Shown here piece after piece: positions 1 through 5,664 of a stretch of 15,123 nucleotides of DNA. The stretch is from positions 1 to 15,123 of the forward strand of contig JBOFUV010000010.1 in the NCBI GenBank assembly GCA_051652765.1, written 5' to 3'. A program made the translations under genes and the position numbers. The first letter of the stretch is position 1; the number at the start of each line of letters is the position of its first letter. The notes under the pieces were generated by a model, which had not been told where the DNA came from, ran no database searches, and saw only the letters and a list, made by a program, of their open reading frames with translations. The stretch is from Microcoleaceae cyanobacterium (GTDB lineage: Bacteria; Cyanobacteriota; Cyanobacteriia; Cyanobacteriales; Microcoleaceae).

Positions 1-108
1 GTTATCTTGCCAGCGCACCACAGCTTCCCTGTGGAGTTGAACCGAAGGGCGACTGACTATGTTGAGAGAGGGTTTGCATCATCTGCGCTGGTCGTTTTGC
101 TGAGTTAA
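1..108 (+). CDS. Possible 3' end of an unidentified gene (candidate integron cassette ORF), truncated by the window edge
   Basis: Frame 1 is open from base 1 to TAA at 106-108 (VILPAHHSFPVELNRRATDYVERGFASSALVVLLS*) and ends 24 nt before the attC-like site. No family recognised; frame 3 (stop at 54-56) is an alternative. Confidence 0.25.
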   Translation, partial: VILPAHHSFPVELNRRATDYVERGFASSALVVLLS

Positions 109-132
109 GAGACAGTCAGCTCGCCCAAGTCA

Positions 133-205
133 AGCTAACAAATCACTGCACCCGACCTGCAATAGCATTACTGGATTAATTCTGAAGCTGTTGGCGGCGG
201 GTGAG
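133..205 (+). mobile_element. Integron attC-like recombination site lacking its R' (GTTRRRY) end
   Basis: AGCTAAC (R''-like) - AAATC (5 nt) - ACTGCAC (L''-like) - CCGAC... The left arm CT[G]CACCCG[A]CCTGCAATAGC pairs with the right arm GCTGTTGGCGGCGGGTGAG with two extrahelical bases. Sequence after GTGAG is hsdM coding sequence, not R'. Confidence 0.7.
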
Positions 206-1150
206 GCGATCCAAGACCCAGCAGCGGGGACGGGCGGTTTTCTAGTGGCGGCGGATCAGTATGTTAAGAAGCAGACGGATGATCTCTATACCCTGAGCTC
301 GGATCAGGGGAATTTCCAGCGCCATGAGGCGTATCGAGGGTTGGAGCTAGTGCCCGATACGCATCGGCTGTGCCTGATGAATTTGATGTTGCATGGCATT
401 GAGAGTACGGTGAACTGTGGGGATAGCCTGTCACCCGATGGGGAGACGCTGGGTAAAGCAGATGTGATTCTGACGAATCCGCCATTTGGGACGAAGAAGG
501 GCGGCGGACGACCCACGAGAGCGGATTTTTCTGTAACGGCAGAAACCTCTAACAAGCAGTTGGCGTTTGTCGAGCATATTTACCGTGCCCTGAAACCGGG
601 CGGCAGGGCGGCGGTGGTGCTGCCGGATAATGTGCTGTTTGAGGACAATACGGGGCGGAAGCTAAGACAGCAACTGATGGAATTGTGCGATCTACACACC
701 ATTTTGCGCTTGCCGACGGGGATTTTTTACGCGCAGGGTGTGAAAACCAATGTGCTGTTTTTTACACGAGGTCACTCGGATCGCGGCAACACTAAAGCGG
801 TTTGGGTGTATGACCTGCGGGCAAACATGAACAGCTTTGGCAAAACCGGGCTGCTGACCGTGGCGGATTTTGCCGAGTTTGAAGCGGCGTTTGGGGATGA
901 CCCCTTGGGGAAAGCCCAGCGCACCGATCAGGGCGAGGAAGGGCGGTTTCGTTGCTTTAGCCGTGAGCAGATTGCCGATCGCAATGACAATCTGGATATT
1001 GCCTGGTTGCGCGACACTAGCAATGACCCAGAGGATGAACTAACGGAGCCGGAGGAGATTGCAGCGGCGATCGCCACCCATTTGGGCAATGCATTGCGAG
1101 AAATTGAGATAATGATGGGTGAGTTCACCCAAAAGGGAGATAAATCATGA
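191..1150 (+). pseudogene. hsdM: Type I RM N6-adenine methyltransferase subunit HsdM, 5'-truncated (C-terminal ~320 aa)
   Basis: Motif I DPAAGTGGFL, motif IV TNPPFG, GGRAAVVLPDNVLF, LRLPTGIFYAQGVKTN, LDIAWL. The N-terminal helical domain and the GQ(Y/F)FTPR motif that normally precedes motif I are absent; upstream in-frame sequence is the attC-like site, with a stop at 101-103. TTG start has no clear RBS. Confidence 0.9.
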
Positions 1151-1764
1151 TTGCTCAAGTCCAGCCCTCATTGATGACCGTTGCCGAGTATCTCGCCTGG
1201 GAAGCCGAGCAACCGCTGAAGCATGAATATATCAATGGCGAAGTTTACGCCATGACGGGCGGGACACTTCCCCACAATGACATTGCCGTGAATTTGACGA
1301 GTGCTCTTAGAACGACCTTACGAGGATCAGGGTGTAAGGTGCGTATGTCTGATGCGAAGGTCAGAATTGCGGCCAGCGGGCCGTATTTTTATCCTGATTT
1401 GGGGGTGAGCTGTGACGAGCGTGACCGACGGGCAACGGATGCCATCCAATATCCCAAGTTGATTATTGAGGTGTTGTCACCGAGTACCGCTGGGTTTGAC
1501 CGGGGGGATAAGTTTAAGTTTTACCGCCGCATCCCGATGCTGCAAGAGTATGTGTTGATTGATGCTGAGAAGGTGGGGGTGGACTGCTATCGCAGAACCA
1601 GCGCGGGTAGATGGGAACTCACCGCTTACCCAGAGGATGCAGCGGATGTGGAAAATCCGATTTTAGAATTGGTGAGCCTGGATTTTCAGTGTCCATTGGC
1701 GTTGATCTATGAAGAGGTGGAACTTACCCAGCCATTATCAGAGGATAATTTGCAATCGGGATAA
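1147..1764 (+). CDS. Uma2 (DUF820) family PD-(D/E)XK putative endonuclease
   Basis: EYLAWE, HEYINGEVYAMTGG..PHN, YFYPD, LIIEVLSPST...DRGDKF..Y, LQEYVLID. Start overlaps the hsdM stop (ATGA). Confidence 0.93.
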   Translation: MIAQVQPSLMTVAEYLAWEAEQPLKHEYINGEVYAMTGGTLPHNDIAVNLTSALRTTLRGSGCKVRMSDAKVRIAASGPYFYPDLGVSCDERDRRATDAIQYPKLIIEVLSPSTAGFDRGDKFKFYRRIPMLQEYVLIDAEKVGVDCYRRTSAGRWELTAYPEDAADVENPILELVSLDFQCPLALIYEEVELTQPLSEDNLQSG

Positions 1765-1796
1765 AGTCGCCTTAATGATTTCTAGAAATTAGACCT

Positions 1797-2042
1797 ATGA
1801 CATTACAAGAATTAAAACAGCAAGTATTGGATCTGCCCACGGCGGATCGCTGGATGTTGCTCAAGCTGTTAATTGAGAAGAACGATCAGGCGATCGCCGC
1901 AAAAGGAGACAACTGCATGAGTGATTTGCCAATGGGGTGGGAGCCAAACCGCGATCGCCCGATGATCGCCAAGCATTTACGGGCAGATCTGGCAAAGATG
2001 GAGACGTTTACTCAGGAGATGAGCCATGAAAACCCAATCTGA
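1797..2042 (+). pseudogene. Chimeric ORF: N-terminus of a small antitoxin-like protein (1797-1876) fused in frame to repeat copy 1
   Basis: MTLQELKQQVLDLPTADRWMLLKLLIE resembles small cyanobacterial addiction-module-type proteins (recall, unsearched); from 1877 the frame is the repeat (KNDQAIAAKGDNCMSDLPMGW...). Confidence 0.6.
1877..2014 (+). repeat. Junction repeat copy 1 (138 bp): HIP1 - RBS - hsdS head - HIP1 - hsdM-like tail
   Basis: Ungapped match to 2668-2805 (15 mismatches in 138 by hand count); first 84 bp match 3879-3962 (5 mismatches). HIP1 at 1890-1897 and 1951-1958. Confidence 0.95.
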
Positions 2043-2319
2043 AGTTTTGCAGATGTTAGCCCAGCAAAAATCGTCGTTGTTGGCAAATTATCAAATTACC
2101 CGGCTAGGGATTTTTGGGTCTTATGCCAGAGGGGAACAAACGGATGATAGTGATATTGATATTTTAGTTGAGTATGAGAATGCTCCCAGTTTATGGCAAT
2201 TAATTGAGTTAAGAGATTATTTGAGTGAGTTGTTTTCCATTAAGGTTGATGTGGTGACACGAAATGGTTTGAAGTCAAGAATTAAGGAAAGAGTTTTGGC
2301 GGAGGTGATTTATCTGTGA
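2026..2319 (+). CDS. MNT (minimal nucleotidyltransferase) antitoxin, MntA-like
   Basis: 97 aa, GS-x10-DxD motif (FGSYARGEQTDDSDID), KVDVV; GTGA overlap with the downstream HEPN gene. Confidence 0.93.
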   Translation: MKTQSEVLQMLAQQKSSLLANYQITRLGIFGSYARGEQTDDSDIDILVEYENAPSLWQLIELRDYLSELFSIKVDVVTRNGLKSRIKERVLAEVIYL

Positions 2320-2669
2320 CGAAACGTAGTCTCTTAGAGTTTTTACAAGATATTTTAGAGGCGATCGCTGATATTGAGTCTTTTACCTCAGGTGTTGATT
2401 TCGCCGCTTTTGTCACAAATAAAGAGAAAGTTTTGGCGGTTGTCAAGCTGCTAGAAAATATTGGGGAAGCTGTGAAGCAAATTCCTGATGATCAACGCAA
2501 CCTTTATCCACAGATTCCTTGGAAATCTGTCGCAGGAACGCGAGATATTTTCGTGCATCAATACTGGGAAATCGATACCGATGTGGTATGGGCAACGCTG
2601 CAAGATTCTTTGCCGTTGCTGAAGACGGTGATTGGACAAATGGCTGCTCAAGAGGAGACAAACCCATGA
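2316..2669 (+). CDS. HEPN (DUF86) RNase toxin, HepT-like
   Basis: 117 aa, LENIGEAVK, PQIPW, R-x4-H motif RDIFVH followed by QY (the Tyr position AMPylated in characterised HepT/MntA pairs). Confidence 0.92.
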   Translation: MTKRSLLEFLQDILEAIADIESFTSGVDFAAFVTNKEKVLAVVKLLENIGEAVKQIPDDQRNLYPQIPWKSVAGTRDIFVHQYWEIDTDVVWATLQDSLPLLKTVIGQMAAQEETNP

Positions 2670-2805
2670 AGAACGGTCAGGCGATCGCCGCAAAAGGAGA
2701 TAACTGCATGAGTGATTTGCCAATGGGGTGGAAGCTCAACCGCGATTGCCCAATGAACGCCAATTATTTACGGGCAGCTTCGGCAGAGATTGAGACGTTT
2801 ACTCA
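2668..2805 (+). repeat. Junction repeat copy 2 (138 bp)
   Basis: ~89% identical to 1877-2014; HIP1 at 2681-2688, degenerate HIP1 (GCGATTGC) at 2742-2749. Lies in a 58-aa ORF at 2666-2842. Confidence 0.95.
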
Positions 2806-2808
2806 TAG

Positions 2809-2842
2809 GGAAAGAGTTTTGGCTGAGGTGATTTATTTATGA
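2809..2842 (+). pseudogene. 3'-terminal remnant of an MNT gene (ERVLAEVIYL*)
   Basis: 31/34 nt identical to 2286-2319, the end of the first MNT gene; differences are synonymous. Confidence 0.88.
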
Positions 2843-3144
2843 ATACAACTCAAGAAGCAATTGTTGATTGTTTACGGCAACAGTTGGATTATTTAAGGGA
2901 GCAATTTTACGTTAAAAGAATTGGTCTGTTTGGTTCATTTGCTACCGAGACAGCAACCGCCACTAGTGATGTTGATCTAGTCATTGAGTTTGATCAACCG
3001 ATCGGCTTAAGATTTGTCGATTTATGTGACTATCTGGAAGCTTGTTTGGGCCGAAAAGTGGATGTTTTAACCCCAGCCGGAATCGCAACGATCCGGAATC
3101 GGTCGGTGGCTGAAAGCATTGCCAGGAGTCTGGTTTATGTCTAA
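2839..3144 (+). CDS. MNT antitoxin, orphan (cognate HEPN apparently deleted)
   Basis: 101 aa, FGSFATETATATSDVD motif, LGRKVDVLT, C-terminal LVYV. Confidence 0.9.
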   Translation: MNTTQEAIVDCLRQQLDYLREQFYVKRIGLFGSFATETATATSDVDLVIEFDQPIGLRFVDLCDYLEACLGRKVDVLTPAGIATIRNRSVAESIARSLVYV

Positions 3145-3214
3145 GCGGGGCGATCGCAATGGTCTCAAGCTGCGGATTTGCGATCGCGTGTTATCAGAGG
3201 TGATTGATGTATGA
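3137..3214 (+). pseudogene. 25-aa deletion-scar ORF: HEPN-like start (MSKR) fused at a HIP1 site to an MNT C-terminus
   Basis: ATG 3137 to TGA 3214 reads MSKRGDRNGLKLRICDRVLSEVIDV*; the tail aligns with the first MNT's RNGLKSRIKERVLAEVIYL. HIP1 at 3150-3157 (junction) and 3180-3187. Confidence 0.8.
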
Positions 3215-3525
3215 ATATTAATAACGAATGTGTTGCACCCGTATTAGATCAGGTTGTCCCGATTTTGCAGGCTCTCAAACCTTATCTATATGAACGATGG
3301 GGTATTACTGAGTTGGCCATATTTGGCTCGGTAGCGCGGGGTGAGTCTCAAGCGGATAGTGATATTGATATTCTGTTTGACTACGATCGCCCGTTGGGGC
3401 TAGAGCTAGTGATGTTGGGGGATTTTTTAGAGGAAAAGTTGCAAAACAAAGTGGATTTGCTCAGTAAAAAAGCTGTTCGTCCCAGAGTTTGGGAGTTTAT
3501 TGGCGATGAGATGCACTATGTCTAG
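3211..3525 (+). CDS. MNT antitoxin, MntA-like
   Basis: 104 aa, FGSVARGESQADSDID motif, KVDLL; overlaps the downstream HEPN start. Confidence 0.92.
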   Translation: MNINNECVAPVLDQVVPILQALKPYLYERWGITELAIFGSVARGESQADSDIDILFDYDRPLGLELVMLGDFLEEKLQNKVDLLSKKAVRPRVWEFIGDEMHYV

Positions 3526-3880
3526 GCGATCGCTGGCGTTATTATTGGCAGACATGATCGACTGTATCGACAAGTTGGCGATCGTCACGGCTGGCTTGAA
3601 TTACGAAGAATTTTGTACTGATGTCAAAGCGTTCTATCCAGCGATGTCTTTAGTTGCAATTTTGGGTGAAGCTGCCAATCAAATTGCCAAGGTTGAAGTA
3701 ACGCTACCCGACACGATTCCCTGGCAAGCAATTCGCGGGATTCGTAATCGTGTGGTACATCAATATTTCGATATCGATAGCCAAATTTTATGGTTGGTTG
3801 TTTCGGTCGAAATTCCTGGCTTGAAGGCTCCTTTACAGGAATTATTGAATATTTATAATGCTCAGGGAGGAAACCCATGA
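3518..3880 (+). CDS. HEPN (DUF86) RNase toxin, HepT-like
   Basis: ATG 3518 (MSRRS...) overlaps the MNT stop and is preferred over TTG 3500. ILGEAAN, IPW, R-x4-H motif RNRVVH followed by QYFDID. Confidence 0.92.
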   Translation: MSRRSLALLLADMIDCIDKLAIVTAGLNYEEFCTDVKAFYPAMSLVAILGEAANQIAKVEVTLPDTIPWQAIRGIRNRVVHQYFDIDSQILWLVVSVEIPGLKAPLQELLNIYNAQGGNP

Positions 3881-3962
3881 AGAACGATCAGGCGATCGCC
3901 GCAAAAGGAAACAACTGTATGAGTGATTTGCCAATGGGGTGGAAGCTCAACCGCGATCGCCC
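3879..3962 (+). repeat. Junction repeat copy 3 (first 84 bp only); supplies the start of the resident hsdS
   Basis: 5 mismatches to each of copies 1 and 2; similarity ends 2 nt after the HIP1 site at 3953-3960. Another HIP1 at 3892-3899. Confidence 0.95.
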
Positions 3963-4638
3963 TAGGAGTCATGATTGGAAAAGAGCAACAGTTGGAGAAC
4001 TGATCGATGGCATAGAAGCCGGTATAAATGTTAAGTGCGAAGAGCGTCCACCCCTACCTCATGAATTTGGTCTTGTAAAGATTAGTGCTGTTACATGGGG
4101 AACATTTGATGATGAGAAAAGTAAAACACTTCCTCCTAATCAGCTAATACCTGAATCAACTCGAATTAGAGTTGGAGATTTCCTTATTTCTCGTGCCATT
4201 GAATTAGTTGGAGCATGTGTAATTGTAGAGCGTGTCACACACCCTGTGTATCTCTCCGATAAGGTTCTTAGGGTTCTAGTTCGAGAAAATTATAAGCAAT
4301 GGCTCTTATTATGGTTGCGTTCTAAGAATGGTCGATCTCAAATAGAGCAGCTTGCTAGTGGAAACCAGCTATCTATGAGGAATCTGACACAAGCAAGTCT
4401 AAAATCTATTAAGTTGAAGCTTCCTTCTGAAGATGAGCGAGATGAGATCATCCGGCGAGGTGAAAAGCTGTTCAAAGCCATTGATTTGATCGAGCAGGAA
4501 TATCAAAAAGCCAGCAAACTGCTTGACCGATTAGAGCAAGCCACCCTCGCCAAAGCCTTCCGGGGTGAGCTTGTACCCCAAGACCCCAACGATGAACCCG
4601 CAGCGGTATTGCTAGAGCGGATTCGGGCCGAACGGTAG
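3919..4638 (+). CDS. hsdS: Type I RM specificity subunit HsdS, half-length (one TRD); possibly a pseudogene
   Basis: MSDLPMGW start after AAAGGA; one TRD (W...TVGELI...GDFLISRA...NLTQASLKSIKLKLPSEDERDEI), coiled coil and conserved end LEQATLAKAFRGELVPQDPNDEPAAVLLERIRAER. 239 aa from ATG 3919; alternative coupled start at 3877. Confidence 0.85.
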   Translation: MSDLPMGWKLNRDRPRSHDWKRATVGELIDGIEAGINVKCEERPPLPHEFGLVKISAVTWGTFDDEKSKTLPPNQLIPESTRIRVGDFLISRAIELVGACVIVERVTHPVYLSDKVLRVLVRENYKQWLLLWLRSKNGRSQIEQLASGNQLSMRNLTQASLKSIKLKLPSEDERDEIIRRGEKLFKAIDLIEQEYQKASKLLDRLEQATLAKAFRGELVPQDPNDEPAAVLLERIRAER

Positions 4639-4694
4639 ACACAGCCCAAGGGCAAAGCGGTAAAATCGAAGCAGTCACAAAGTCGAGGTACAGG

Positions 4695-4916
4695 ATGAGT
4701 CCTCTCCTAGAAAAAGTCTTAGCAGAAGTCGCTCAACTCGATCCCAAAGAGCAGTTACAACTCGTCTCCTATCTGGTCAACCGTTGGCAACAACAGCCGA
4801 ACCTATTTGCAGATAAAAAATTCAGCCGTAAAAACTTGTTTGGTTGTATGCAGGGCAAAATAAAAATCGCCGAAGATTTTAATGCCCCACTCCATGACTT
4901 TGCCGAGTATATGTGA
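4695..4916 (+). CDS. DUF2281-type antitoxin (VapB-like partner of the PIN toxin)
   Basis: 73 aa with C-terminal FGCMQGKIKIAEDFNAPLHDFAEYM signature; GAGG RBS; stop overlaps the PIN gene start. Confidence 0.85.
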   Translation: MSPLLEKVLAEVAQLDPKEQLQLVSYLVNRWQQQPNLFADKKFSRKNLFGCMQGKIKIAEDFNAPLHDFAEYM

Positions 4917-5302
4917 TGAAGTTATTGTTAGATACGCATATCTTCATTTGGTTGATAGACGGCAATCAAAATCTTAGCCAAACTGCCAGACAAGCAATAG
5001 AAGATGAAAGCAATCGTTTGTATCTCAGTATTGCTAGCCTATGGGAAATAACCATTAAAACTAGCCTGGGCAAACTCGAACTTGGAATACCACTCGAACA
5101 GATCGCAACCAATTTTATCCTTCCCAGTGGCATTGAAGTTTTACCAATTCATCTCCCGCATTTATTCGTGTTACAAACTCTACCCTTCCATCACCGAGAT
5201 CCATTCGATCGATTGTTGATTTCCCAAGCCAAATCTGAATCGTTAACGTTGGTATCCGAAGATAGCTTGTTTGAGCAATATGAAGTGGAGACGCTTTGGT
5301 AA
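4916..5302 (+). CDS. vapC: PIN-domain (VapC-family) ribonuclease toxin
   Basis: MKLLLDTHIFIW, SIASLWEITIK, LPFHHRDPFDRLLISQA, TLVSED. ATG 4916 (TGATG overlap) or GTG 4913. Confidence 0.93.
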   Translation: MKLLLDTHIFIWLIDGNQNLSQTARQAIEDESNRLYLSIASLWEITIKTSLGKLELGIPLEQIATNFILPSGIEVLPIHLPHLFVLQTLPFHHRDPFDRLLISQAKSESLTLVSEDSLFEQYEVETLW

Positions 5303-5310
5303 GTCATTTT

Positions 5311-5472
5311 ATGTTATTCGGCGATCGCCTTGAGCAAGCCACCCTAGCCAAAGCCTTCCGGGGGGAGCTAGTGCCCCAAGACCCCAACGATGAACCCGCA
5401 GCGGTATTGCTAGAGCGCATCCTAGCCGAGAAACAAGACTCGCCAAAGCGTAAACCTATAAAATCGCCCTAG
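5311..5472 (+). pseudogene. hsdS: Second copy of the hsdS 3' end (53-aa ORF) beginning at a HIP1 site
   Basis: MLFGDRLEQATLAKAFRGELVPQDPNDEPAAVLLERILAEKQDSPKRKPIKSP*. 5332-5430 vs 4534-4632: 9 mismatches in 99 nt. HIP1 at 5321-5328 encodes the first shared residues (DR). Confidence 0.92.
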
Positions 5473-5550
5473 AAATCTAGACAGCGAAGCTGACGATCGC
5501 CCCGATTGTCACTCATCTACAATCAGACTAGCACTAGTCAGGTACCACTG

Positions 5551-5640
5551 ATGACTTCCATTCCGGCCAAGCCATCCCCACTCCATCGCTATCCCGATTG
5601 GAAGCTCGAAGATGCCAAAGCTCGGTTTAGTGAAGTCGTT
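5551..5640 (+). pseudogene. Phd/YefM antitoxin N-terminal fragment
   Basis: ATG 5551; WKLEDAKARFSEVV matches the Phd/YefM N-terminal pattern; similarity stops at 5640 and no toxin gene follows. Confidence 0.75.
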
Positions 5641-5664
5641 TTGCTAAGGGGAGGTTGGGAGGGG
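5641..5664. repeat. G-rich half of a cyanobacterial small dispersed (REP-like) repeat
   Basis: TTGCTAAGGGGAGGTTGGGAGGGG resembles the right arm of C-rich/G-rich cyanobacterial dispersed repeats (recall); no C-rich left arm is present. Confidence 0.5.

Noticed and set aside
1761..1794. Similarity of ATAAAGTCGCC...CTAGAAATTAGAC to 5458-5482 (ATAAAATCGCCCTAGAAATCTAGAC)
   Set aside because: Short and needs gaps to align; could be another hsdS-tail remnant but cannot be separated from chance by eye.
2519..2842. 107-aa ORF from the track as a real gene
   Set aside because: The first 49 codons are an alternative frame of the HEPN gene; the rest is repeat copy 2 plus an MNT tail. Only the 2666-2842 scar ORF is retained.
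1877..3962. Three spaced repeats as a CRISPR array or as attC sites
   Set aside because: Units are 84-138 bp, separated by whole genes, derived from coding sequence, and lack both CRISPR periodicity and the RYYYAAC...GTTRRRY hairpin architecture.
191..4638. A functional type I RM system or an invertible hsdS shufflon
   Set aside because: hsdM lacks its N-terminal part, no hsdR or recombinase is in the window, and all repeats are direct rather than inverted.
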